64,000 bases of DNA from Basidiobolus meristosporus CBS 931.73 (GCA_002104905.1 MCFE01000393.1:1-64000); one strand, 5' to 3'; numbered from the stretch's first letter, positions 24,933-37,741 are shown. The notes: generated by a model not told the origin, from the sequence alone. Made by a program: numbers and translations.

Positions 24933-25486
24933 TCTGATCCAACTGATAAAAATCCCCATCTTTGGTACTCTACCAAAGCTCAACTATCTGATTCTTCATT
25001 AACTCGGGTGGCACAGACTATTGGTTTCATTTATTTGATGATTACCTTATCAGTAGAAAGATCGATGTTCACTACACAATATTTGACTGATTATATACAT
25101 TCACTTCCATGCCTGAAAACTATCGAACTTTTCGAAATCGTCCTTTTTGTACCAATCAAAAAATTGTCTGAATCTCGTTGGTCATGATAAAGAATGTACT
25201 TAATCTGCAAGTTGACTGATCAGATTCCAGTTCCTTCTATAATCTTTCACTTCATCACTGGTGCTTTGTATCAAATACACTTGTACACTCAATTATACAT
25301 ACTTTCATACTTGGCCAGTTCCATATATCCCAACTGTACGATCGCGAAGAGGCTAATCTCTAGAATCACTTCGTAGAACGAGTCCATTCGATTTCGATGA
25401 AATTTCCCTCCATTCGTTATATTACCGACTACTACTGACGCCCATTTTACTGTTCGTACATTCCTTGCCATCCCAATAATTAAACA

Positions 25487-27782
25487 ATGGTTATCACCAA
25501 AGCAACAAACACGCAGCACGATGAAGAGGCTCACAATACAAAGGAGGGCAGTAATCCTCCATTTTCCGAAAGATCAACCAGCCCCTCGAAAACCACAAAA
25601 ACCAAGAAACCAGTCGAGAGTGTTGGGGTCTCTGCTACTGTATGCGCAAACTGTGGCACCACCACAACGCCGTTATGGAGAAGAGCTCCCAACGGAGATA
25701 CCATCTGTAATGCTTGTGGTATGTTGACATTCCGAAACCGATCTCCCCTGGGCTTTGTTTATTGAAATAACCTTTCTGTCTGCATAGGGTTGTACATGAA
25801 AGCTCGTAACGCAGTGCGCCCACACTGGCTCAAACGTAACACACCTAAAAAGGCATCCTGCTCCTCAGATAGCCCGGGCACTTGCCCTGGAGATGGTCAC
25901 TGCAATGGAACGGGAGGATCAAAGTCTTGTAGCGGTTGTCCTGCTTTTAACCAACATCAGATCAACCGACAATCACTCGTTTGTGCCAATTGCAGCACAA
26001 CTACGACGCCATTATGGCGCAGAGACGAGTCTGGTGCGACGATTTGTAACGCATGCGGTACTTTGGTGTTTCCTTTCTTGTTTATATGATAAAGCGCTGA
26101 CTCCAGACCTTTTCTCATCAGGACTATATTATAAACTGCATGGAAGGCACAGACCCGTCAGTATGAAGCGTTCTGTGATCAAACGACGCAAACGTATGGC
26201 TAACGGGTCAAACAACCCAGACGATAAAGAAAATACTGACGGAGAAGACAGCGATGATGATAAAAGCGCCAGCGAAAGATCACATCATTCTGAGCCCCCG
26301 GGAAGCCCCCCGGGGTCTCCAAAGAAGAAAGGCCCGAAGAAAGATAAGGATGCCGCATCTAAACACGCCTCTTCGAGCCATAAGGATCACCACGACCACG
26401 ATCCCAACAGCTGTAATCACGACCTTTGCCGTCAAAATGTGATGAAGGCCGGACACGTACCAGCGCTCGAGGACTATGGGAAACCTGTCTCCAAGCAATC
26501 AGAACAGAAACGTGTATCAAATAAGATATCTGGGCGAGAAAGTGAGCACAAACCAAAGCGCAAGTATCGTCGTACCTCTGATCATCAAAATGGAGAGAAT
26601 AAGCAGACGGCCGATGAATCATCTAATGGACATTCTGCGCAATGGACTTCTATCGAAGCACAAGCTTCCAGCGGTACGGAATTGGAAGCTTCGTCATCTA
26701 ACTCAAATTCCAACATCAATGCACAAGCTCATTTTCCAACCAATCCTCAAGAGCAAGCTTCACCCATAACACCGGAGAATGGGGTCCAATCTTTGCAGAA
26801 GTCATCATTAGGCCAGAACGAAGTTTCGACCTTACCTTCGAATTCACCCTCACTTTATCCACCTATGCGGGATGCTCGTTCGCAATCACCCCATGTTCGA
26901 ATGACTTCCTCTCCTCATGTATCTGCTTCATCGACTCCACCCCAGCGACCCAATCGACATGGCAGTCATGACTTTACGCTACCACCAATCTATGAGCAGC
27001 GGCCGCATCTTCCACCCATCTCCATGAGCTCGATGCCGACCAGCGTCTCAAATCCAATGAGTTATCATACGCAAGGCTACGCTCACCCAACAGTGCAGGC
27101 GCCTGCAGTACAACCGACTCAGCAGCCTATTCGATATTCACCTAATCCTCAACCAGCCTCAGCTGAATACTACAGCACAGGCCCATCTAGCACCCCGATC
27201 CGTCAGCCCACCAGTATTGATCAAGCCCAAGCCCAGGGAGCTAGTGGCTCAAACATTACCAAGGAGGACTTGGAAGCTCACCGAATGGAGCTGCAAAGAG
27301 AAGTCTCACATCTGAGTCTACTGTTGAGCAGGACCACCGCTATACTGGCTGGACTTGATCAAGCAGTCACTTCCAAGGAGCCGTCACGCCATGACATTCC
27401 GCCAAACGCCCCATCTCACCCAGAGGTATCCACCACTGGCCCTCCATATTGGGATGGCGGGGCTCGTGGATATCAGGTAGGACAGCCGCCTTATCCTGGT
27501 TATCAGAATCAATACTACCCCAGTGGAGTTCCAGTGTATCAAAACAATGATGAGTTTTCCAAGCTGCGGTACTCCCAGACTCTGATGCAGCCCGTTCCAC
27601 AACCTCCCTACTACCAAGCTAGCCAGCCACCCCAGCAGCCTCCATACGACCAGCGCCCACAGCCACCGAATCTCTATGGAAATCCACAGTTGCCCCCTTT
27701 GTATCCAACACACTCGCACCCACACCCACACCCACCACCCTCATCCTCTACAGACCAACCGTCCCAGACAATCCGATATTAG
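25487..27782 (+). CDS. sreA: Iron-responsive GATA repressor, SreA/Fep1/Urbs1 type
   Basis: Two [13 protein letters not shown]...CNACGLY zinc fingers flank the Cys-rich [21 protein letters not shown] segment. Introns after each CNACG; long Pro/Gln-rich tail. Confidence 0.93.
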
Positions 27783-28147
27783 ACCCGTAGCACACTAGCT
27801 TTATTCACTTTTTTTGTTTACAAGTCAGCATCATTACTTTTTTTGGCCATCTTCTTGTTCATATTTCCCTTCATTCCAATAGCTCCTTGCGAACCATTTC
27901 TACTAATTCCTTCCCTCAACGAGAACTCTTCTGTGAAACCGATGCGTCAAAGCTTGTATTTAAAGTTTGCCCGCTTGCCATATATAAATGAAGATTATCT
28001 TATTGAATTTGGAAACATCTTAGCCATGATTCCCAAACGGTGTGGGTTTCCTGGGACGAGCCAATCGAGGGCGACCTATGGATTCGCCTCGATTATTTAA
28101 CCTCTGAGCCCCAGACGCCCTTCGCATCTCCCTCACTCTTTGTCGAA

Positions 28148-29839
28148 ATGCAACTCGGTTCTTTCCGACCGGTTCAAGTCTATTCGAAAGCCAAGCAATG
28201 GGTGCCACTACTCAGCTGGCTGCCGAAGTACAAGTGGAAGAAGGATTTCAGCTACGACCTGGTGGCGGGTTTAAGTAAGTTCCCCCGGTCCGCCGAACCG
28301 GCGTGCCCCTTGTTACAGCGGTACTGATCCGTTGCTCCTGTACAGCCTATTCGACGGTGGTGATCCCGCAAAGCATGGCGTACGCCATGTTAGCAAGTGA
28401 GTGCTTGGGTAACTTCCTGCTGACCTCCCATCCTTTACTAAGCCACCTTCTTTTCGGAAGAGTTACCGCCGGTATATGGCCTCTACACCTCCATAGTCCC
28501 CATACTGCTCTACTCCGTGTTTGGAACAAGTAGGCATCTGGTCGCCGGGACGTTTGCGCTGACAAGTCTGATGCTGGGTGAGGCGGTGTTGAGCATACTA
28601 CACACCAAGGGCCCCCTGACCCCGGAGGAATACGAGGCCGAGTTTCTGGCGACCACCATGCGGGTCACCTTTGTCGTGGGTCTGATTCAGGTCTTGTTCA
28701 GTTTCTTGCGGGTCGGGCAGTACATCACGAAGTACCTGCTCCCGGACCCCCTCATATCCGGGTTCACCAACGCCGCCGCCATATTCATTGCAACCTCCCA
28801 GTTCCAAAATCTATTCGGGATCCGGGTGCCTGAGTACTCGGGAGTGTTCGGGCTGGTGAAGACGTGGGGCTACGTGGTGACACGTTTACACGAGACCCAC
28901 CTGGCCACTTTCTCGTTGGGCTTCATGTCCATCATGACCATAGTGGCGATCAAACGTTCGGAGTCCCGTTTCCAGAAATGGTTGGCTCGAACCGAGAAGA
29001 AAGGGGGCGAAGGGCTGCCATTGATCGTCGAGGATGAGAGCGAGTGTGAGTGTGAGAGCGAGAGCGAGGAGGAGCACCGTAATCCCACACCGGTGTCAAA
29101 CCATCAGAAGATCTCGACCAAAGCGAATGTGAGCACCAAAGTGCGATGCCCCCTTCCCGACATACTCCTAGTCATCCTCCTCTACACCATCATCACCTGG
29201 CTCTTCCGACTGAACGACAGATTGGACATCTCCATCATAGGACACATCCCCTCCGGGCTACCGACCCCCGCGAATTCCGCCGGATTCCTGGGCGTCCGGG
29301 ACTTCTTCCTCCACGTGAAGGAGGGCTTCCTCTTGGCGATCGTCGCCTACGTGATGACCATCTCGATTGCGAAGAACTTCGCGAAGAAGGGGGGCTACCA
29401 GATCGACGGGAACCAGGAGATGTTCGCCTTGGGCCTATCCACCGCGGTGTCGAGCTTCTTCTCCGGGTACGCCAGCTGTGGTTCTCTGACCAGAACCTCG
29501 GTGATCTACACCACCGGGGGTAGATCCCAGATCGCGGCCTTCATCGGCACGCTGGTGGTGGTGATGACCGTGTTCTCCCTCACCTCGCTCTTTTACTACC
29601 TACCGAAGGCGGTGCTGGCCGGGGTGATCCTGATGGCGTGCAAAAGTCTGTTCCTGCACATGGACGAGGTGACCGGCTACTGGAAGCACCAGCGGTTCCA
29701 CTTCTTCATCTGGCTAGCCACCTTCGTGGCCTCGGTCACCGTCAAAGCGGAGTTTGGCATCGCCGTGGGGATGGTCATTTCCGTTGTAGGGATAGTGCTG
29801 GAAAAGCTGTACCCGTGTCGGTCCCACCAGATCCCGTAA
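28148..29839 (+). CDS. SLC26/SulP anion transporter lacking a STAS domain
   Basis: WLPKYKWK...DLVAG, VIPQSMAYAML, FGTSRHLVAGTF, GFTNAAA, DGNQEMFALG and GSLTRT motifs. Stop occurs ~11 aa after the last TM. Start codon uncertain. Confidence 0.88.
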
Positions 29840-30133
29840 ACTCCAAGCCCACTCTACCCTACCCCACCCCACTGCATCCCATGTCCTTCCGTTCCAGCCA
29901 TCCACCCAATGAACCATCCTTCAATAAACATAGAACACGAACATATCCTTCTTTACCCCCTTTACTGCATACCCTCTCTTTCTTTCTCTCTCTCTCTCCC
30001 AGAAGGGAAATCTCTTTATAAACAGATAAAATACAAAATTCACCCCCGGGTCGAGTGAAATTGAATGAATAAAATGAAAGAAGGGGGGTTCTCGAGGGAA
30101 TGGTGCCCGTGCTGCTTGGGTATAAACATGAGA

Positions 30134-31952
30134 TCAAAAATTTTCTAGTTGGCCAAGTGGAGTTAGTAGGTGCGTGGGACCTTGGGAAGGTTACGGACTT
30201 GGAAATACCTTTGTTGTAGTAGAACTTGGTTCCGTCTTCCTGTGGCTGGTTGAACTTGTTGCAGTAGGTGTGCAGCTGCTTGCCCAATGGCTTTGGTCCA
30301 CAGAAGAACACTCCCACATCAGTGGCTGGGTGATGATGGCACAAACCACTGAAGATCTGATCAAGATTTGGTCGTCCGTAATGGGTAGGTGCGCGTAACC
30401 CAGTCAGCGCATCCTGGTATCCTTCCTCGTCGTTGATGATCACGTTGTTCACCTCATCCTGCTTTAATCTGCCGGTCAAATAGGTGTGGATCTCGATGAA
30501 CTGTTCGATATCCTCCTCTTCGATGGCCTTCAAAAGATCCTGGAACCATACAAATGCCTGGACAGAAGAAATGTTACTTGCTCAGTCCCACATCAGAACC
30601 CTATGGAATCTCCTTTCTCACCTCTTTGTCTCTGCAAATCCAGAAGAAGTAGACCTTGCGGAGTCTGGTCGACTTCATGGGGTAATTCACTCGATACCAG
30701 ATGGACTTCAGGATGGACGCGAAGGGAGTGACTCCGATACCCGCACCGACCAACACCGCCACCTCGTAATTGAACACATCTTCACTAGCGGATCCGAACG
30801 GCCCATCTACCATCACCTTGGGTAGGATCTTGTTAACGGGGGCCTTGGGATTGATAGGATTCGGCTCCTTGGAATCCACATCGCATCCCAATCTCTTGGC
30901 GAGCTGTTTCGTGAAATTCCCGACCACGCGAATATGGACAGAAAGGTAGTCCTCCTCCGGCGCCGAGGTCAAGGTAAAAGGATGCCATTGATGCAGAGAC
31001 ACTTCGGGGCAGCATAGAAAGATGTACTGGCCAGCTTGTGAATGGAAATAGTCTTTCTTGATCTGGATCTCGACGACCTTCGACGGATGAAGCACCACTT
31101 TGGAGATGAATGTCCGATGGCGTCCACGCACCTCTCGCAGGACACGCTCGCAGAGGTAGATCGTTCCCGAGGCTACCCAGTACTTCCAGAAGGACCCTCC
31201 GGTACTGCAGTACGGGGGTCTGTCCGGTTTGATTAGACAAAACATGCCATGAATGGAGAACAAGCCAAAATAGATGGCGAACAGATGGTGGGAGTACCAA
31301 AACAGTTCGAAATTTCTTTTGCGAACACTCTTCAATCCGCATATGCAGATCACCATGAGGGCAACAAGCATGACATGGCCTGTCCACCCAGGCCCAGAGA
31401 CGAACGAGTACCACAGCCAGTTGTGTGCGGCGTTGGGGCCAGCAGAAGCGTAAACAAAATTGACATAATGGGCAATGGTGTGAACCCAGGTGAAAAACAG
31501 GATCGACCAGCCTGTTACCTTGTGGAAAGCAATGTTTTTGTCGAAGGGTATGACCTTGTTCAAGGGCGTGGTACGTAGCCAAGATATAACGTTACGGCAC
31601 ATGGGGAATAGAATAATCCCTGTATCCACGTGCAAAGCCAGAGCGGCGGCTCTTGCGATGGGAAAGGTGATTCCGAAGGTTGCACGAGACGTTGAGAAGT
31701 TATCTCCGAAATAATAGTTGAGGAAGCCCAAACCATAAATCAGGATTTGGACAAATATCCACAGGCAGAACCATACGTACTTCTGACCTGGATAAGCACT
31801 CGACGGTTAGAAAACGTTCTCCTGAGGGGGAGCGAAAGTGCAAAAGGCTACTCAAGCAACTTACCATCATTAATCATCCAAATATTGACTTTCTCTCTCC
31901 ATGTTGGGTTGGTCTGAATAACCGGCGGATAAGCTTGATACGGATTCAACAT
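30134..31952 (-). CDS. noxA: NADPH oxidase, NoxA/gp91phox type
   Basis: W...WMINDG N-terminus, heme His pairs (AFHK...HTIAH; SHH..H), HPFTLTS, VDGPFG, GAGIGVTPF, FFCGP and C-terminal ENF. Introns at ~31864, ~30600 and ~30209. Confidence 0.96.
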
Positions 31953-32822
31953 GGTGATACTTCTCACTAGCGGAATACGAAATACTGAACAGAACTGAAA
32001 GCCCTAGAGTGGCAAATATGTTCCAGAGAAGTCAAATGAAACGAATCGTTACTGAAATTGAACAAAAGAATTAAGGTAGAAAACGAATGGAGGTTGTCTA
32101 ATTAGGGTTATGTAATAAATGGATAGAGCTTAATGGCCATGTTTTTTCACCCTGATGCACCTCTAACGGGGTCTGGCTAATTATGGTATATGAGCAATCT
32201 ATTAATTAATTTTGATCTCTGATTGGGATCCAGTGCGCGACAGCTCTATTGATCGGGTATTGTATATTTGATATTGATCAGAAAGATTGCCAGTGATCCT
32301 GAACGCCAACATGGTTGCTGAGACGCCTGGAGTTGCAGAGTCGCACTGAATGTGGTGGAATGCGCAGAAATTTGCTGGGAAATATGGTGTAACTTCGTGG
32401 CTATTATTCTGATAACACAATGTTACTCGATACTTGCTGATGAGGTACCTTCGGTTGCAGGCTGGCTATTGTTCGCCAGCTGAATCTAGAATCTCTTTTG
32501 GAGTCTAGAGGGTCTACTGAGCACCGTAGTCGGGCCATGTAACGTAGCACGCAACTATCATCCAAGATCTACTGCTCATGTGTCAAGTGCTTTCTTGATG
32601 CATAAGTAGCCCTTGCAACTGTGTCTCTATCATGGCAAGATGCTACCAGTCTGCTCGCTTTAAGATCCTTGTGAAGATTGTTTTGGTCTCCATAAACGGA
32701 TATGTTTGTTGAATGGTTGGACTAATCTGTGAATGATGTGATTCACCGAAGAAAATCGAACTGAATGGATCTTTAATCAATTTTAAACTAGAGCACGGTA
32801 GATAGTGCTTCTTTGATCAGCT

Positions 32823-33521
32823 ATGATATACACCATCCTTCAGACTGCACCAGCCTTCAGGGCCAGAGGATCTAGTGATCTTGAAAAACCTGTACTTCGT
32901 TTCCAGCTTTCGAACGTGGCGGTGGAGCTCATAAATTCAGAGGTTACTTTTGAGAAGGGAACTGTCTATGTAACCGACAAGTACGTAACCAGAGACGGGA
33001 CGACGAGAGCCATAGCGTGTCTACTTACTTTGAGCTACTAGAGATTTGTACTTTTATTCCGTGAAAAGCCAGTCCGGTTTTGTCATCAACCATTCCAGCA
33101 TCGTACTCCAAACGCTATCTCGCCAAGATGCTAGCGGCCCGTGTGTTTACCTCCAACTAAGTAATGACTCTACCAAACTGAATGAGGAAACACCTGAAGT
33201 CCATTGCGAGATCCGGTTTGCCCCTGACAACCTTGATTACCGTACGTTAAAGCCTATCCCCCATTTTGAATTTTCTTGCATATGTCTGACGCTTTCTTTT
33301 AGTTGACGATCTGTCGTTGGCTATTGCGGACTGTGCCCCTCAACCAGAGGGTATTGATGACTGGACACCGGAGGAGTTGGATAAGGAAGAGCTATTGGAA
33401 GCGGCGAAGGTAGGCCAGCAATATTGATTGACACCCTGGTAATTACACACAACTAACGAGTTGATAGGCTTCTCGAGAATATCTTGATTCCATTTTGATT
33501 CCTGCACCAAAGAAAGATTAG
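32823..33521 (+). CDS. CLNS1A: pICln/Lot5 (Voldacs domain) methylosome subunit
   Basis: GTVYVTD, GF.I...SIVL..LSR...PCVYLQL, EIRF.P...L...IADCA and acidic tail. Three canonical introns. Confidence 0.75.
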
Positions 33522-33753
33522 CATAGGATGGCAGTGTTCGTTTATTGCTTGAAATGAGTCTATATGCAGTCTATATCCAGTAAACAATGATGGTCTATAA
33601 ATACTCGAGTTTTGTTGCCACCAAAAGGATTAAGTGTCAGGAATTGATTTGCCGAGGGTGACGTGAGCGCAAGATTAGTGGTGAGGGAAGATGCCACGGA
33701 ACGTATATAAAGGTGCGGGGGAAGCGCTAGAGGATAAAGCGACCACAAGCATC

Positions 33754-33975
33754 ATGAAGACCCGTTCCAAGACACGCAACTCGATCTCCAACAATCCGGA
33801 CAACTCCTCGATGATCTCGGACCCATCTGCGCCCAAGAGTGGTCAACAGCGACAAGGAAAGTCCAAGATTGAGCGAGAGGACCAGACGCAGCAAAATCAG
33901 CCACATCCCACCATGACCAACGAGATCTTTGATGCCCCTGTTGAGGGGGAATTCTTGAAGTCTAGCTATCAATAA
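33754..33975 (+). CDS. Putative 73-aa hydrophilic microprotein
   Basis: TATATAAAG at 33704-33712 precedes ATG 33754: MKTRSKTRN...EIFDAPVEGEFLKSSYQ. No recognised homolog. Confidence 0.4.
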   Translation: MKTRSKTRNSISNNPDNSSMISDPSAPKSGQQRQGKSKIEREDQTQQNQPHPTMTNEIFDAPVEGEFLKSSYQ

Positions 33976-34258
33976 CTTGAAAATGTACAGAACCGCTGAA
34001 TAAATTCGTTACACACCTCTACCGGTTAGCATCTACCATTAATGGTTATATTGGCATTACGCATCCCTGCACACCACACACCAGCAGCGACCAAGCGTTC
34101 TGAGGAAAGCGCACCTGAGACATACCCTGCTTTTTGCAGTCAATCATGTCCACTTACGGCACTGCTGTAATATTGATTTCACGGCTTCCGTTCCAGAGAG
34201 ATATAAAAGCCTGATTACCACCGTTTCCCAGTCACATCTCCTCGCAACGTTGTTAATC

Positions 34259-34441
34259 ATGGAAGTTCCCAAGCAGACCAGCTCCGATTCCCCTGGTAAC
34301 ACTCAACAAGTCGATGCCGTCTCGACTACTTACGATAGCAGACCAGCGTCCGACTCGGGACAAATCTCCGAAATGGAGTATATCAAAGCGAGTGTCAATT
34401 GTGTTGTTCATGATACCAATAATGTGATTCATCACCACTAA
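34259..34441 (+). CDS. Putative 60-aa hydrophilic microprotein
   Basis: TATAAAA at 34202-34208 precedes ATG 34259: MEVPKQTSSD...VHDTNNVIHHH. Confidence 0.3.
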   Translation: MEVPKQTSSDSPGNTQQVDAVSTTYDSRPASDSGQISEMEYIKASVNCVVHDTNNVIHHH

Positions 34442-34637
34442 GCCCACAAGATGAAATAAATGCTTGATCAACCTAGAATCCATGATGCCTAAGTTAAGCC
34501 ATTAAATAGCGAGCATTAGCACTCGAGATATCACGAGATTTCCCAAAACCGGGCGAGTAATCCATATTTCAACCTCAGTCCTCACGTCTCCTTTATATCA
34601 TTGTACCACTAAAGGTTAACCGAGCAACAATACCAAC

Positions 34638-35809
34638 ATGCCCTCCGCCTTCAGTGCCGTTCGTTTGAAGGTTCAGCTTAAGCTCACAGTGAATCGACTC
34701 AAGATGTTGCAGGCGAAAAAGAAATCGCTCAACAACAAGATACGTAAAGAATTGGCTTTGCTTCTTGAGGCAGGAAAAGAGGAGAGCGCCAAAATCAGAG
34801 TACCATAGACCTTTGCATACGTTCGAGAAGCTTTCTACGGCTTATTAATCTCCATCTCGGTCGTAGGTTGAACGGGTGATTTTGGAAGATTTCCATACCG
34901 AAGCATTGGAGATTCTGGAGCTGTATTGCGAGTTATTGCTAGCCAGATTCGGTTATATCGAGCAAATCAGGTATGTTTTCTCGGGTCGTTTTGTTCTCTC
35001 CTCTTCTCATCTGGCCGATACCACTTAGCCAGTGCGATCCCGCCATTCTCGAAGCTGTGCATACAATCATCTATGCCGGGACACGTATATCAGAAGTCAA
35101 GGAATTTCTTTCCGTACGTTTCGAGTGCTACTAACATCGTCACAGCATGCACTAACTTGAGTAATTGGTTAGATACGTGACCAATTTGCAGCCAAGTACG
35201 GCCGGGAATTTGTCCTTGGGGCTCTGGACAACAGAGATAATACTGTGAACCCAAGGGTTAGTGTAGAATATTCGTTACCACTCCTTTTTATTGTTGAGCT
35301 CACTGTGCTATATTGGTGTACAGATCATCCACAAGCTGCAAGTCCATACCCCTGAGCCTTTCCTGGTAAACCAGTACCTGTTGGATATAGCCAAGGCATA
35401 CAACGTCGATTGGAAGCCTGACAACGAAAGCTTGGTAAGTGAGAGCCCCCTCTGAAGTGTATTCATAAGTGTTCTTTAATCGAGCCCCAAACTCAGGTAT
35501 CCGATTTGATCAGTAACTCTGAGGATCTTCTTCACGATATGCCCGCCCTTGCAACCTCACAGATCGAAGAGCCACAGGAGTCCAAGAACCAGGTACCCCA
35601 CATCATTTAGAATCCCCACCTCCAAGGGTAGTGTTAGTAACCCGTTTGCTCAGGAAAGCAGCGAGTCAGAGCTTCCCCATGAATTTCCTCATACACCCGC
35701 TAATCACCCAAAGGCTGACACCCACACCAAACCCAATCCCGAGAACTCAGGATTGCCTGACTTTGATGAGCTGACCCGTCGCTTCGAGGCTTTGAAGAAG
35801 AGGAACTAA
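34638..35809 (+). CDS. IST1: IST1, ESCRT-III-associated regulator of Vps4
   Basis: LKVQLKL.VNRLKMLQ.KK, KEESAKIRVE.VI.ED...EALEILELYCELL..RF, AKYG.EF, YLL.IAK.Y.V.W and C-terminal MIM1 LPDFDELTRRFEALK. Confidence 0.96.
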
Positions 35810-35975
35810 TCTAGACTTCACCCGCATCATCAATAGCTTGTTTCCTTTGTAAATACTGAATTTACATCCATCACTCTCACTTTTCCCCAATCTCAAGGAA
35901 CTGGAGCGATGATTGAAAGTAAATCCAAGAAGAACGAGATATCAATCGAAATTGAGTTTATTTTCTTTTGGATGT

Positions 35976-37013
35976 CTACAATAAAAATGGGATGATACAC
36001 CACCGGTCAACGGGGAATTCCTCGAGATGATTCGAATACCACCGCCTTGGTTGAAGACAAAGTTAGCAAGGGCGTAGTAATAATCATGGGGATTCGTAAA
36101 CTCTAACCTGGTCTGCACGCTTCTAGAGGCCATGCTTGCGCTTATAAGGAGGACCACCGAGAAAACCAAGGTGGTTCTGGCGATCATTGCAAATCCAAAC
36201 CAAGCGAAGCATTCGAAGCAATAGTGTGGGCAGACTACCCAGCGAAACCAACCTCGCTTGGGGACTCGATAGCTTCGCAACACGTTGTATTTACCTTTTC
36301 TAGGCCGTAGCTCCATGAGAAGCGAGTGGTGCCATAAGTTCCCCAGCCAGCTGTACATGATCAATGGTATGGGACATAGCAACTCACTTGGGCCGATCTT
36401 TCTAGGATTGCTGAGGACGGAGTAGCAGCAAGTGACTGATATAATCGAATGGTACAAAATCAAATACATCATTGAGAACTGGCAAAGGTTCCCCGCATAT
36501 CTAACAAGAGCCGAGCAATGTTAGCCTGTGGGTCGCTCGTGAAAACCCCCCCCGACCATTCTCACTTTACCTATGTAGAAACAAGCATTCCAACGTACGT
36601 TTGACATATTGTGCAAACAAAAATCCAAAGGTGGCCAGGTGATAGGAATCCCGCCAGTTGCCGTATTTGATGTACAGTAGGAGGACGAGTACGGCGGGCA
36701 CGAAATGGGCCGTGAACATTCCCGCCCTGGTGGTGACGGCGAGGTGGTGGAAATAGGTCTTTCGAAATTTCCCGTAGGGTGCGTGGAACTGGGAAAGAGA
36801 GTATGACAATGCTTAGTTAATATCCTGCAACCCACGGAGCCTATCGCGAAAGGTAAATGAAGAGTGGAAGAGGGAGCACTTTCAATGGAAACCCGAAGGA
36901 GTACCTCTTACATCTTTTACAATACCGTACCGTACCTTTCCTGTTCCTTCCAAGTATATGATGATCCCAGTCAGGAGAATATACATGATGGTAAGCGCAT
37001 CTTGAAAGCTCAT
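35976..37013 (-). CDS. 3-oxo-5-alpha-steroid 4-dehydrogenase / enoyl-CoA reductase family membrane protein
   Basis: PYGKF, Y.KRTLECLFLHRY, GNL.HH..L..LR, Y.VP..GWF..V.CPHY.FE...W and WY...(F)P..R..IIPFL. Three introns. Confidence 0.88.
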
Positions 37014-37430
37014 CCCTCTGAGAGCAGTAAGGCTGGGGTAAGAGGGAAGATTGGCTATTCAGGTGGCTTCCCAACTCTTTTGGACTCTAGATTGAGGCTC
37101 TTAGTTCCAAGAAAAGTGGGCAGGGAGTAGAGCTAGAGCCGGTAATCAGAAGAATCCCAAGAACTAGTATCCGCACGGTGAGTGTATAGATATCAATTTC
37201 CGTTGCAAAAGGGAACAAGCAGAGGTAACATCCCAAGTCAGGGATTGTTAAAACGTGTGACTTGTGTAGAGGTTAGGGATAATGAAAGTGAGAAAAATCG
37301 GATGCTACTATTCATGGATCCATTTCTAGTAGGAGGCAGGCGCCAGTATTCATCAGTGGGATGTAACAATTCCTTTCCTAGTCACGATACAAGCAGCTAC
37401 ATCATTCCAGCAATGATGGAAGGCTAGGAT

Positions 37431-37572
37431 TAGGGGGAGGGTTAGGGTTGGGCCCAGGGGTAGATGAGGGTTTAGAGCATTACTGTGACATGATTGTCAG
37501 CTACCTACTCCAGATTCACTATGCGAAATGGTCCAATTGATGACCCTAGGGTTAGGGTTAGGGTTGGGGTTA
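37431..37572 (+). repeat. Interstitial telomere-like (TTAGGG)n tracts in a divergent promoter
   Basis: tagggggagggttagggttggg (37431-37452) and ccctagggttagggttagggttggggttag (~37544-37572). Confidence 0.7.
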
Positions 37573-37741
37573 GTTCAGAAATACATAATGTGTCACAAGC
37601 AACATACATCAAAAATCCCATTTGATTGGACAAGAACATTTGATTCTTGCTACTCCTAACCCTCAAAATTCCCTTCAGCGAGAATCGATAAGAAGCTATT
37701 CCTTGTACTGGTTCAGTTTTTTCTTTCTATTTGTGATAACC

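Noticed and set aside
32440-32475. Hammerhead ribozyme core (CTGATGAG...)
   Set aside because: No GAAA after stem II and no closing stems.
37431-37572. True telomere or chromosome-fusion site
   Set aside because: Only a few degenerate units, same strand, with intact genes on both sides.
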